NCBI GenBank assembly: GCA_034520945.1
Contig: JAXHNB010000005.1
Location: 768,001 to 832,000, forward strand
DNA: 64,000 nucleotides
Reading direction: 5' to 3'
Source of the DNA: Trueperaceae bacterium
Lineage (GTDB): Bacteria; Deinococcota; Deinococci; Deinococcales; Trueperaceae
A program made the translations under genes and the position numbers. Positions within the stretch are counted from its first letter, which is position 1, and the number at the start of each line of letters is the position of its first letter. The notes beneath the pieces are model-generated. The model was given only the letters and a program-made list of their open reading frames with translations. It was not told the origin of the DNA and did not search any database. Shown in pieces: positions 1 through 16,545 of the stretch.

Positions 1-536
<536 letters not shown>

Positions 537-583
537 CCGACCGCGGTCCGCGCACGCCCCCTCTTCGGGAAGGAGATAGGAAC

Positions 584-2143
<1,560 letters not shown>

Positions 2144-2152
2144 GGAGCCCCC

Positions 2153-3751
2153 ATGCGACCGGTCGAGATCTACGACACCACCCTACGCGACGGGACGCAA
2201 GGACAGGGATTCACCCTGACCAGTGCCGACAAGGTCGCCATCGCCCAGCGGCTGGACGCCTTCGGCGTGGACTTCATCGAAGGGGGCTGGCCCGGCTCCA
2301 ACCCCAAGGACGTCGAGTTCTTCGCCCGCATGCGCGACGTGCCGTTGGTGCAGGCGCGGCTGGCGGCGTTCGGAAGCACGCGCCACAAGGGCCGACGCGC
2401 CGAGGACGACCCCAACCTCGGCGCGCTGATGGAGGCGGGCACCTCGGTGGTCACGGTGTTCGGCAAGTCCTGGACGATGCACGTCACTGAAGCGCTCGGC
2501 GCGACGTTGGACCAGAACCTCGACATGATCCGCGACTCGGTGGCGTACCTGGTGTCGCAGGGACGCGAGGTCGTCTACGACGCCGAGCACTTCTACGACG
2601 GCTGCGCGGCCGACCCGGACTACGCATTCCAGACGCTGGCCGCCGCGGTGGAGGGCGGCGCGTCGCGGCTGGTGCTGTGCGACACCAACGGTGGCACATT
2701 GCCCGAGGAGATCGCGGCGCGGGTGCGGGAGGTCGCGCGACGCTTCGACGCCCCGGTCGGCATCCACACCCACAACGACGCCGAGTTGGCCGTCGCCAAC
2801 GCGCTCGCCGCCGTTCAGGCCGGTGCCGGGCACGTGCAGGGGACCATCGGCGGCTACGGCGAGCGTTGCGGCAACGCCAACCTGGTCTCGGTGCTCGCCA
2901 ACCTCACGCTGAAGCTGGGCTGCCCGCAGCCCCAGAACCTGTCGCAGCTTCGTGAGCTGGCGCGGTACGTGGACGAGCGCGCCAACCTGCAACCCGACCT
3001 GCGCGCCCCCTACGTCGGCGACGCCGCCTTCGCGCACAAGGGCGGCGTGCACGTCTCCGCCGTCGCGAAGCTGCCCGAGACGTACGAGCACGTCGTGCCC
3101 GAGTCGGTCGGCAACGAGCGCCGCATCCTGCTGTCCGACCTGTCGGGGCGCGCCAACGTGCTGGCCAAGGGCGATGGCGACGCCGGCGGCGAGGCGAGCG
3201 AAGGCGCGCGCGACGTGGTGATGCGCATGAAGGAGTTGGAGCACCGGGGGTACGCCTTCGAGGGGGCCGAGGCGTCGTTCCAGCTGATGGCGCGCAAGGT
3301 GCGCGGCGAGCACCGCGCCTACTTCACGGTGCACGGCTATACCGTGGTGATCGACAAGCGCGACCACGAACGGCAGCCCCGCAGCGAGGCCAGCGTCAAG
3401 GTCGAGGTCGACGGCATGATGGAGCACACCGCCGCCGACGGCGACGGGCCCGTCAATGCGCTCGACCGGGCCCTCGGCAAGGCGCTGCGCCGCTTCTACC
3501 CCGAAATCGCCGACGTGTACCTGACCGACTACAAGGTGCGCGTGCTTGGGGGCGACGAGGCCGGCACCGCCAGCGTGATCCGCGTGCAGGTCGAGTTCAG
3601 CGACGGAGGCGAACGCTGGGGCACGGTCGGGGCCAGCACCGACATCATCGACGCCTCCTACGAGGCGCTGATCGACGCCATCGAGTACAAGCTGGTCAAG
3701 GACGGCGTCGCCCCGCGCGACGCCTCCACGGAGGCGACCGCGGCCCCCTAG
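2153..3751 (+). CDS. cimA: citramalate synthase (LeuA-family paralog)
   Basis: YDTTLRDGTQG, GGWPGSNPKD, YDAEHF, HKGGVHVSAV and DYKVRVL motifs typical of bacterial CimA. Confidence 0.88.
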   Translation: MRPVEIYDTTLRDGTQGQGFTLTSADKVAIAQRLDAFGVDFIEGGWPGSNPKDVEFFARMRDVPLVQARLAAFGSTRHKGRRAEDDPNLGALMEAGTSVVTVFGKSWTMHVTEALGATLDQNLDMIRDSVAYLVSQGREVVYDAEHFYDGCAADPDYAFQTLAAAVEGGASRLVLCDTNGGTLPEEIAARVREVARRFDAPVGIHTHNDAELAVANALAAVQAGAGHVQGTIGGYGERCGNANLVSVLANLTLKLGCPQPQNLSQLRELARYVDERANLQPDLRAPYVGDAAFAHKGGVHVSAVAKLPETYEHVVPESVGNERRILLSDLSGRANVLAKGDGDAGGEASEGARDVVMRMKELEHRGYAFEGAEASFQLMARKVRGEHRAYFTVHGYTVVIDKRDHERQPRSEASVKVEVDGMMEHTAADGDGPVNALDRALGKALRRFYPEIADVYLTDYKVRVLGGDEAGTASVIRVQVEFSDGGERWGTVGASTDIIDASYEALIDAIEYKLVKDGVAPRDASTEATAAP

Positions 3752-3939
3752 GGGTGTCCGCCGCCGGCGGCGTTGCGGGGGGCGCCCGGCCGTGGCACCG
3801 GTGGCCCTGCGCGGCGACCGCCGCGGCCGGGTCGTACGCGCTGACGCGACGAGGCCTACGAATCGTAGGCGTGCGCCTCCTGGCGCAAGGGATCGGAAAG
3901 CTTGGGCGGGGTCTTGGCCCGTCACAGACACGACTTTGA

Positions 3940-3968
3940 TTGACACGGTCGGGCGTGGGGGATATTCT
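3940..3968 (+). promoter_or_regulatory. sigma70-type promoter of gltB
   Basis: TTGACA (3940-3945), 17 bp spacer, TATTCT (3963-3968). Confidence 0.7.
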
Positions 3969-4115
3969 TTCCGCCACGGCGCGCGACGCGCGCGCCGTCC
4001 GCGCACCCGATTCCTGACTTGCGATTCCCGATCATCCACGTCGCGTGCGTGCACGGGCCCCGTCCCTGCACCCGCCTCTTCGTTTCCGCGCGTTGCCCAT
4101 CCCGGAGGATCCACC

Positions 4116-8685
<4,570 letters not shown>

Positions 8686-8758
8686 GGCGGCGCGCCGCCT
8701 CGAAGCTCCAGCGGGCCGTGCGGGTCGGTTCGGCGCCCCACGGGGTTCCGGCCCGCGC

Positions 8759-10612
8759 TCAGCGGTAGGCCACCACCGTGCCGTCGGTGGCCGCCACCAC
8801 CAGGGTGTCGTGCACGGGCAGGGGCGGCGCTTGGATCGGCGCGGCGCCCAGGCGGGCGCGGGCGCGCGGCGTGCCGTCCCGCGCGTCGAACCCGAGCACC
8901 TCGCCGCCCTCCGTCACCACCCACGCCACGCCGGACGCCACCACCGGGCTGGCGGTCACCGCGGCCGGCAACGGCTGGCTCCACACGTCGTCGCCACTCG
9001 CCAACGACAGGCAGTGCAGCGTGCGGGCCCAGGAGGCGGCGTACACCCGCCCGTTCCAGATCGCGGGGCCGCCGTAGGCGTCGCCCTCCAGGCCGTAGCT
9101 CCACACCGTGTCGCGCTCCGCCAGCGAGAAGCCGTGCAGTTCGCCGCTGCGCTCCAGCAGCAGCACCATGCCGGACGACGCGGCGGGGGGGCTCGGGGGG
9201 ACGCCCAGGTCGGCCCGGAAGCGGGTGGTCCCGTCCCCCAGGGAGACGGCCACCAGGCCCCCGTCTGCGTCCAGCGCGATCACCTCGCCCCGGTGGATCA
9301 GCGGCGGGGTGGCGGCCGGCGCGTTCAGATCGACGTGCCAGCGTAGCTCGCGTTGCGCCGTCCAGCGCTCGATGCTTCCCTCGCGCCGCGTCAGCAGCAG
9401 GCCGTCCTGGACCAGTGCCAGGCCGACGGCGTCCACCCCCTCGCCCTGCCACACCGTCTCGCCGCGCGGCCAGGCGATCTCCGCCAGCGCGCCGTCGCGG
9501 CTGGCCACCCAGATGCGGCCGTTCGCGTAGGCGGGGGGCAGGCTGACCTCGTCGCGCAGCTCGAAGCGGTCGTGCACGCCGCCGTCCGCGGGCCGGAGCA
9601 CGGCCAGCGTGTCGCTGCGAAGGCCGGCCAGCAGAAACCCCTCCGCCGCGGCCAGGCCCGCCGGCCATTGCGGGCCTTGGTCCAGCCGGACGCGCCACCG
9701 CTCGTGCAGGCTCCGGGGCGCGGCCGGGCCGCTGGGGTAATACCCGCAGCGGGCCGCCCCGGCGGCGGGCAGCTGCGTGGCGGACAGGCGCACCTCGCCC
9801 ATGACCGAGCGCAACGCCTCCGCCACCTCGTACCCCGAGGAGGGGCGCTGCGCGGGCGCCTTCTCCAGCAGGGTCGAGATCAGGTCCGACAGGGACGGGG
9901 GGACCAACGGGTTACGTTCGATCGCGGGCACCACGTCGCCGTACACGTGCTGGTACAGCACCGCCTGGTCGTTGTCGGCGTCGAAGGGGGCGACGCCCGT
10001 CACGGTGCGGTACAGCACCACCCCGAAGGCGTACAGGTCGGTCGCCCCACCGGTCGCCTCGCCCGTCGCCTGCTCGGGCGCCATGTACTGCGGTGTGCCC
10101 AGCGTGAAGCCGGTGCGGGTGAGCTCGCGGCTGCTCTCGGTCAGTTGGACCAGGCCGAAGTCCATCACCTTGGGGCTGCCGTGCGGCGGGAGCAGGATGT
10201 TGCGGGGGGTGAGGTCGCGGTGCACCATGCCGAGCTCGTGCACGTAGCCCAGCGTCTCGGCGACGCTGATCGCGGCGCGCAGCAGGCGCCCCTGCGATGC
10301 CACGTCGCCCTCCCAGGGGCCGAGGTCGGTGAACGGGCCGCCCTCGATGCGTTCCATGGCGAAGTAGACGTGCTCGCCCTGTCCCAGGTCGAAGATGGTG
10401 ACGATCCCGGGATGGGACAGTTGCGCCAAGGCGCGGATCTCGCGGCGAAACCGCTCGCTGTCGGCCTCGGTCAGGTGGGGCCGAAGGACCTTGAGCGCGA
10501 CCTGCCGTTCGAGGTGGAGATCCCGCGCCGCGAATACGTGCGCCATGCCGCCCTGCCCGAGCGGCCCCTCGATCTGGTAGCGGTCGCCCAGGACGTCACC
10601 GGGTTCGAACAT
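8759..10612 (-). CDS. Hanks-type Ser/Thr protein kinase with C-terminal PQQ-like beta-propeller repeats (RqkA-like)
   Basis: LGQGGMAHV, VALK, HRDLTPRN, DFGL and GTPQYMAPE kinase motifs followed by W-ending PQQ/BamB-type repeats. Confidence 0.9.
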   Translation of the reverse strand: MFEPGDVLGDRYQIEGPLGQGGMAHVFAARDLHLERQVALKVLRPHLTEADSERFRREIRALAQLSHPGIVTIFDLGQGEHVYFAMERIEGGPFTDLGPWEGDVASQGRLLRAAISVAETLGYVHELGMVHRDLTPRNILLPPHGSPKVMDFGLVQLTESSRELTRTGFTLGTPQYMAPEQATGEATGGATDLYAFGVVLYRTVTGVAPFDADNDQAVLYQHVYGDVVPAIERNPLVPPSLSDLISTLLEKAPAQRPSSGYEVAEALRSVMGEVRLSATQLPAAGAARCGYYPSGPAAPRSLHERWRVRLDQGPQWPAGLAAAEGFLLAGLRSDTLAVLRPADGGVHDRFELRDEVSLPPAYANGRIWVASRDGALAEIAWPRGETVWQGEGVDAVGLALVQDGLLLTRREGSIERWTAQRELRWHVDLNAPAATPPLIHRGEVIALDADGGLVAVSLGDGTTRFRADLGVPPSPPAASSGMVLLLERSGELHGFSLAERDTVWSYGLEGDAYGGPAIWNGRVYAASWARTLHCLSLASGDDVWSQPLPAAVTASPVVASGVAWVVTEGGEVLGFDARDGTPRARARLGAAPIQAPPLPVHDTLVVAATDGTVVAYR

Positions 10613-10618
10613 CCCCGC

Positions 10619-10831
10619 TCAGCGCTCGTCGTCCAGGTCCTTCAGCAGCCTCGGATCCAGCTGCCCGTCCTCGACGGCCTTGTTCAGCATCTCGATGCCG
10701 AGCCGGACCACCTCGGACTTGGACACCAAGCGTTCGGGGTTGGACAGTTGGTAGGCGGTCTTGGTCAGCAGCGAGTCCTGTTCCTCGCTGAGAACGACCT
10801 GAAGGCGCTTGCTCTTTTCGCGTTTGGGCAC
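10619..10831 (-). CDS. small ribbon-helix-helix-like transcriptional regulator (70 aa)
   Basis: GTG start after GGAAGGA SD; MPKREKSKRLQVVLSEEQDSLLTKTAYQLSNPERLVSKSEVVRLGIE shows a strand-helix-helix pattern (SxSEVVR); directly upstream of the kinase. Confidence 0.75.
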   Translation of the reverse strand: MPKREKSKRLQVVLSEEQDSLLTKTAYQLSNPERLVSKSEVVRLGIEMLNKAVEDGQLDPRLLKDLDDER

Positions 10832-10863
10832 GTCAGGGTCCTTCCACCACGACTGAGGTGGCG

Positions 10864-10917
10864 TCAGTGTAGCACTGAACGCATATGCTTGACAATCATG
10901 ACGTGTGTGGCTATGCT
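10864..10917. promoter_or_regulatory. divergent promoter region (murA vs regulator-kinase) with inverted repeats
   Basis: Plus strand TTGACA 10889-10894, 17 bp, TATGCT 10912-10917; minus strand TGcTACACT extended -10 at 10866-10874; inverted repeat TCAGTG-TAG-CACTGA at 10864-10878. Confidence 0.65.
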
Positions 10918-10981
10918 CCTCGTGAGCATCGTGTGTAAGATGCGTACGTATGCCCGACCTCTTCCCGATGGGACCGACCCC

Positions 10982-12283
10982 ATGACCAGCATCCCCCACG
11001 ACGCGCTCACGATCACCGGAGGTCGCCCCCTCGAGGGGCGCGCCCGCATTCAGGGCGCCAAGAACTCGGCACTGTACCTCATCCTCGCCTCGCTCCTCAC
11101 CGACGAAAAGGTCGTCCTCCGCGACGTGCCCCGCCTCAGCGACGTGCTGGTCGGGCTCGAGATCCTCTCGCACGTCGGCGTGGACGTGCGTTGGAGCGGT
11201 CGCGACCTGCACCTGCACGCCCGAAACGTCGTCCGCTCCGACGCCCCCTTCGGCCTGGTCCGCAAGATGCGGGCCAGTTTCGTGGTGATGGGCGCCCTGC
11301 TGGCGCGGACCGGCGTGGCGCGGATCGGGGTGCCGGGCGGGTGCACCTTCGGCCCTCGGCCCGTGGACCGGCACATCCGCGCCTTCGAGGCGCTCGGCGT
11401 CCGCATCATCGAGCAAGAGGGCGACTTCGTCGCCGAACGGCACGGGCCGCTGGAGGGCCACGTCGCGTTCGACGCCCCCACCGTCGGCGGCACGCAGAAC
11501 GTGCTGCTGGCCAGCGCGTTGGGCAGCCGCCGCGTCGTGATCGAGAACGCCGCGCTGGAGCCCGAGGTGGCCGACCTGATCGAGCTTCTCACCGCCATGG
11601 GGGCGCGCATCCAAGGGGCGGGCACCCGCGTGCTGAGCGTGCAGGGGGTTCCCCGCCTCGGCGGGGCGACCTTCGCGCCGATCCCCGACCGCATCGAGGC
11701 CGGCACGTTCCTGCTGGCCGCCGCGGCGACGCGGGGACGGGTGCACCTCGACGGCGTGCGCCCCGAACACCTCGAGGCGGTCCTGGCCGCGCTCCGCGCC
11801 ACCGGCGTCCTGATCGAGACGCAAGGCCGCACCGTCGGCTTGGACGCCGCGGGGCCCCTGCACGCCATCGATGTGACCGCGACGCCCTACCCCGGCCTGC
11901 CGACCGACCTGCAGGCGCCCTTCGGCGCCTACCTGGCGACGCTTCCGGGCACCTCCACCGTGCGGGACGAGGTGTACCCCGACCGCTTCACGCACGTCGA
12001 GGAGTTGCGCAAGATGGGCGCCCGCCTGTCCCTGGACGAGCGCACGCTGACCATCGAGGGCGGCACCCTGGCCGGCACCGACATCCATGCCGCCGACATT
12101 CGCGCCGGGGGCGCCCTGGTCGTCGCGGCACTCGCCGCGGAGGGCACGTCGCGCCTGACCGGCACCGAGTACCTGGACCGGGGCTACGAGAACCTCGCCG
12201 CGCGCCTCCGCGGCCTGAACGCCCGCGTGGGGGAGGGTGAACCCGCCGCGCGCGTCGCGGCCTCCGGCGCGCGCACGGCCTGA
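10982..12283 (+). CDS. murA: UDP-N-acetylglucosamine 1-carboxyvinyltransferase
   Basis: GAKNSAL, MRAS, PGGCTFGPRPVDRH (catalytic Cys), DRIEAGT, PTDLQ, DIRAG and LDRGYE motifs. Confidence 0.95.
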   Translation: MTSIPHDALTITGGRPLEGRARIQGAKNSALYLILASLLTDEKVVLRDVPRLSDVLVGLEILSHVGVDVRWSGRDLHLHARNVVRSDAPFGLVRKMRASFVVMGALLARTGVARIGVPGGCTFGPRPVDRHIRAFEALGVRIIEQEGDFVAERHGPLEGHVAFDAPTVGGTQNVLLASALGSRRVVIENAALEPEVADLIELLTAMGARIQGAGTRVLSVQGVPRLGGATFAPIPDRIEAGTFLLAAAATRGRVHLDGVRPEHLEAVLAALRATGVLIETQGRTVGLDAAGPLHAIDVTATPYPGLPTDLQAPFGAYLATLPGTSTVRDEVYPDRFTHVEELRKMGARLSLDERTLTIEGGTLAGTDIHAADIRAGGALVVAALAAEGTSRLTGTEYLDRGYENLAARLRGLNARVGEGEPAARVAASGARTA

Positions 12284-12377
12284 ACCGGGCCGAGGCGCCG
12301 GCCGGCCGCCTGTCGCACCCCGCCGGCACGGACCCCGCCCCGGACGCACGGCCGGCGGCGCATCGCGTAGGCGTGCG

Positions 12378-13620
12378 TCACGTGCGGGCGTCGGGATCGT
12401 TCGGGTCGGGCGCATCGGGGTCGGCGTCGGGTGCGCCCTCGGATTCGCCCGCGTCTTGCACCGGATCCGCGGCCGTGTCGTCGGCGTCCGTCGCGCCTTC
12501 GTCGCGGGCGGCCGGCGCGGGGGGCGCTGGCGTCCAGGCCGGCTCGTCGTCCTCGTTGCCATGAAGCCAGGTGTCGTCGTCCGCGTCCGGCCAGGGGTGC
12601 TGGACGCCCCCCTCGTGCGGGGGCGTGGCTGCGTGGGACGGTACGCTCCGGTCGCTCGCTGGCGTCGGGGAGGTCGGGGTCGGCGCCGTCGGTGCCTGCC
12701 GCGGGGGAGGACTCCGGTGCCGCGGCCAGGTCGCTCTCCTCGATCGTGTCGCTCTCCTCGATCGTGGCGCCCTCAGCGTCGTCGGCGTCCGCGCTGCCGG
12801 GTCGCAGCGCCTCGCCGCCGCTGGGCGCCTCCGGTTCGCTCGCTGAGGGGATCGCCTCGCCGTGGGCCGGAGCGCCGGCGCGCCGCGCGATACGTTGGCG
12901 AAGGACCAGCCCGGCGGTGGCGACCCCGAGTCCGAGCACCATCATGACGAGCCAGGGCGCGCCCGGCGTGCCCGAGCGGCCGGCCGGCAGCACGCCCGAG
13001 CGCCACGCCTGGGCCTGCGCCGCTTCATCCGAGGCCAGCAGGTCGACCACCGGGGGGCCGCCGCCGGGGTGCGAGAACGCCCACGGGCTCGGTCCGTCTG
13101 CCAGGGGCCGCCACCCGTCGAGCCGGAACGGGTCGTACACGCCCGTCAGCGCCTGCACGCGGAGGCGTTCCGGCGTGCGGAACGGCGTGCGGATCACCAG
13201 CCGATCGCCGTCGCGGGCGACCCGGACCGGATACTCGGTGTCCTCCTGGTCGCTGGCCAGACGGGCGAAGGCACGATCGCCCGTCAGCCGCACCGCGATG
13301 TTCCACGCGCGGTCCGAAGGCATGCGCATGTCGGGGCCGGGCAGCAGCGTCTCGCGGCCGCCCTCGTCGGTATCGAGGTACAGATCCACCACCGCCAGGG
13401 TGAGGCCGAGGGGCAGGTCGCCGGGGTTCGGCGTCGCCGCCAGCGTGACCTGCAAGGTGAGCGTCTCGCCCTCGAGCCATGCGATCTCGGTCAGGTCGAA
13501 CGGGGCCAGCGAGGAGTACACCGCCGCCGTCGGCGGCGTAAGGTCGCCGGCGCCGTAGGTGTCGCCGCCCGGGTCGGACCAGGTCGCCAGGGCCGCCAAT
13601 GCGAGCAGTTCGAGGGTCAC
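12378..13620 (-). CDS. membrane-anchored glucodextranase DOMON-like domain protein with acidic tail (apparent +1 frameshift near 12650-12680)
   Basis: DPGGDTYGAGDLTPPT...FDL...NPGDLPLG...DLYLD motif set and a TM helix (PWLVMMVLGLGVATAGLVL). The acidic tail continues in another frame (WPDADDDTWLHGNEDDE...) to TGA at 12378, which avoids overlap with murA. Confidence 0.65.
12730..12765. repeat. 18-bp tandem duplication (TIEESD x2)
   Basis: GTCGCTCTCCTCGATCGT occurs twice in tandem. Confidence 0.85.
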
Positions 13621-14978
13621 GCCAGCACCTCGCCGCTACGCGCCGCCCAGGCCAGGCCGATCAACTCCCCTGCCAGCCGCTCCGGGTCGTGCTGCGCGTG
13701 CGGTCCGGGGCCCAGCAGGGGAAGGGCACGGACGGGTACGCCCTGATGCGCGAACGACGCCAGGTCGGGGTCGACCGGTTCGGCCCCCTCGCCGTGGTAG
13801 GCCTCCCGCCGTGCCGCGTCGATGGGCGCGTCGTTGAGGAGCACCAGGTCGGGCCAACGCCCCAGGTGGTCGAAGATGGCCCGTGCGTGCTCGAACGCGG
13901 TCATGCCGTCCGTCTCGCCCGCCTCCGTCATGATGTTGCACACGTACACGACCGGCGCCTTGCCCCGCCTGAGCGCCGTGCGGACCTCGTCGACCACCAG
14001 GGGGGCCAGCACCGAGGTGTACAGGCTGCCGGGTCCCAGCACCACCAGGTTCGCGTGGTGCGTGGCCTGCACGACCTCGGGCAGGGCGCGCACGTCCGCC
14101 GGTTCCAGCGCCAGTTCTCGCACCCGACCCGGCACGGTGCGGAGGTAGCTCTCGCCCCGCGCCACCACGCCCCCATCCTTGTGGGCCACCAGGCCGACGG
14201 GTTGCGCCGTGACCGGCCACACGGCGCCCGAGAGGTTGAGGAGGCGGTTCAGGACCCGCGTGGCCTGCCCGAAGTCGCCCTCCACTTCGGACAGCGTGGC
14301 GATCAAGAGGTTGCCGAAGGTGTGGCCGCGCAGCTCGTCCCCACGCGCGAAGCGGTAGTCCATCAGCCGGCTGACCTCGACCTCGTGGTCGGACAGTGCC
14401 GCCAGGCAGTCCGACAGGTCGCCCGGGGCGGGCATGTCGAACGCGATCCGGAGGCGGCCCGACGACCCGCCGTCGTCGGCGACCGTGACGACGGCCGTGA
14501 GGTTGCTCGTCGCCTGGCGCAGGCCGCGCAAGGCGTTGGCCAGCCCCGTACCCCCGCCGAACGCCACGATGCGGGGCCCGCGCGACAGCGAAAGGCGCCG
14601 GTGCAGGAGCATGGCGGCGTCGCGGGGCCGCGGCATCCAGTTGGACAGCAGCGAACGGTTCAGACGGGCGATCGCCTCGATGGCGAAACCCGCGCCCACC
14701 ACCCCCACCAGCAGGGAGATCCACCCACCGTACGTGCGCCACCGATCGCCGACCAGCACCTCCTCGATGGGGGCCGCGATGGCCCGGCGTTCCTCGCCCA
14801 GCAGCCACAAGGCCCCGACCACCGTCGCGACCATCACAATGATCACGCCCAGCACGGCCATGAAGACGTAGCGCTTCACGCCCATGCCCGGCGCCAACCA
14901 GAAGCGGAGGCGGCCCAGGGGCCCGACCGGCGTGGCGCCGACGTCCCGCGCCGCGCCCGGCTCGTACCGTTCGTTCAC
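13617..14978 (-). CDS. yvcK: YvcK/GlmR (UPF0052) family UDP-GlcNAc-binding protein with N-terminal membrane segment
   Basis: GGGTGL, TVADDGGSSGRLR, GHTFGNL, GPGSLYTS, NIMTEAGET and HDP motifs; coupled to rapZ. Confidence 0.9.
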   Translation of the reverse strand: MNERYEPGAARDVGATPVGPLGRLRFWLAPGMGVKRYVFMAVLGVIIVMVATVVGALWLLGEERRAIAAPIEEVLVGDRWRTYGGWISLLVGVVGAGFAIEAIARLNRSLLSNWMPRPRDAAMLLHRRLSLSRGPRIVAFGGGTGLANALRGLRQATSNLTAVVTVADDGGSSGRLRIAFDMPAPGDLSDCLAALSDHEVEVSRLMDYRFARGDELRGHTFGNLLIATLSEVEGDFGQATRVLNRLLNLSGAVWPVTAQPVGLVAHKDGGVVARGESYLRTVPGRVRELALEPADVRALPEVVQATHHANLVVLGPGSLYTSVLAPLVVDEVRTALRRGKAPVVYVCNIMTEAGETDGMTAFEHARAIFDHLGRWPDLVLLNDAPIDAARREAYHGEGAEPVDPDLASFAHQGVPVRALPLLGPGPHAQHDPERLAGELIGLAWAARSGEVLA

Positions 14979-15850
14979 GGTGTCCCCGCGTCGTCCTCGT
15001 GCGCGTCCGGACGTTCCGCCAACGCCGCCGCCAAGTCCCGGTGGGCCGGTTCCACCGTGAACTCGCCGGCGAGGTCGTGCGCCAAGCGCTCGACCACCGC
15101 GACCGAGCGATGCTGCCCCCCGGTGCAGCCGATGGCCACGGCGTACGAACCGCGCCCAGCGTGCCGGGCGGCGGCGGCGAGCTCGCGCGTGACGTGACGC
15201 AACGGCGCGTACGCGTCCAGTCCCCCCTGCTCGAACACGTGGGCCTGCACGCGTGCGTCGGTGCCCGGCAGGGGCCGCAGCGCCTCGTCGTAGAAGGGGT
15301 TGGGGAACCCGCGCACGTCCAACACCGTATCGACGTCCGTGGGCAGGCCGCGCTTGTAGCCGAACGAAACCAACCGCACGTGAAAACGGTCGTCGCCCGC
15401 CATGCGTTGCATGCGTGCGCGCAGGTCCCGCTCGGCCAGCGCGGTGGTGTCGACCACCACGTCGGCGCGCGAACGCAGCGGGGCCAGCAGGCGCCGCTCT
15501 TCGCCCAGGTCCTGCTCCAAGCGGCCTTGGCCCAACGGGTGGGTGCGGCGGGTGAAGCTGAAGCGGCGCACCAGCACGTCGTCGCGGGCGTCGAGGTACA
15601 CCACGCGCACCATCGCGCCCGCGGCGGACAGCGCCGCGAGGGCCGCGTTCAGACCCGGCAGGAACGGGGCGGTCCGCACGTCGATGCCGATCGCCAGCGT
15701 CTCGCGCCCCGCCGCGTGGGCAGCACGTGCCATGTCCGCCCACAAGGCGGGCGGCAGGTTGTCCACGGCCAGAAACCCGGCATCCTCCAGCGCGTGCAGC
15801 GCCGTGGTCTTGCCGGCGCCGCTCATGCCGGTCAGGACGACGACCGTCAC
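14975..15850 (-). CDS. rapZ: RNase adapter RapZ / YvcJ P-loop NTPase
   Basis: TGMSGAGKT, VDNLP, TRRTHPL, SFGYKRG, DVRGFPNP and GCTGGQHRSV motifs. Confidence 0.93.
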   Translation of the reverse strand: MTVVVLTGMSGAGKTTALHALEDAGFLAVDNLPPALWADMARAAHAAGRETLAIGIDVRTAPFLPGLNAALAALSAAGAMVRVVYLDARDDVLVRRFSFTRRTHPLGQGRLEQDLGEERRLLAPLRSRADVVVDTTALAERDLRARMQRMAGDDRFHVRLVSFGYKRGLPTDVDTVLDVRGFPNPFYDEALRPLPGTDARVQAHVFEQGGLDAYAPLRHVTRELAAAARHAGRGSYAVAIGCTGGQHRSVAVVERLAHDLAGEFTVEPAHRDLAAALAERPDAHEDDAGTP

Positions 15851-16545
15851 CGGGCCCCCTGCGGGGCGCTGCCCGGCGTCCAGATGCAGGCGACGACCAC
15901 GCCGCCCTGTTCCACGATGGCGGCGCGCGCCACCTGGGCCAGCATGCGCCCGGGACACACGATCCAGGTGTCGCGTTCTTCCCGCACGCGCACGAACGCC
16001 GGGTCCGCGTCCGCGACCTGCGCGAAGCGCGTGGACGCCCCCGGACGCGTCGGCGCCAGCGCCTGCGCCGCGGGCTCTTGCAGCAGCTCCCAGCGACCGT
16101 CGCGGAACCGGATCATGCCCCGCATGTCGCCCACGTCGACCACGAACGTCGCCGAGCCGGGGATCGGCTGGTGGTACGACTCGGGGGCTCTGAACCCTAC
16201 GTTGCGCCTCACGCACCCCGCCGCCGGAGCCCCTGGGGTCCGGGAGACCGCCACCGCTTCGTCCGTGGCGCGCGTGCGCAACAGCTCCGCCAGGGCCTCG
16301 GCGTCGCGCCGGGCGTGGTAGCACCCGACCCGCACGCGGGTGTACTGACGCCCCTCATTCATCGCGAACTCGGTGTAGGCGTCGAACTCCATCCGTTCGA
16401 GGTCCGCCGCGACGGCGCGTGCCTCCTGGTAGTCGCGCAACGCGACGGTCTGCACGGTCCACGTCTGCGCCCAGGCGGTCCCGGCCAGCAGCAGGGCGCA
16501 CGACCAGGCCACAGCGCGTAGGAACGCCGGCGCGTGCCCGCTCAC
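15847..16545 (-). CDS. secreted protein with SPOR-like N-terminal domain
   Basis: Signal peptide (AVAWSCALLLAGTAWA); WTVQTVALRDYQEA...YTRVRVG..R.DAE.L pattern resembles SPOR; GTG/TGA overlaps with both neighbours. Confidence 0.6.
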   Translation of the reverse strand: MSGHAPAFLRAVAWSCALLLAGTAWAQTWTVQTVALRDYQEARAVAADLERMEFDAYTEFAMNEGRQYTRVRVGCYHARRDAEALAELLRTRATDEAVAVSRTPGAPAAGCVRRNVGFRAPESYHQPIPGSATFVVDVGDMRGMIRFRDGRWELLQEPAAQALAPTRPGASTRFAQVADADPAFVRVREERDTWIVCPGRMLAQVARAAIVEQGGVVVACIWTPGSAPQGAR

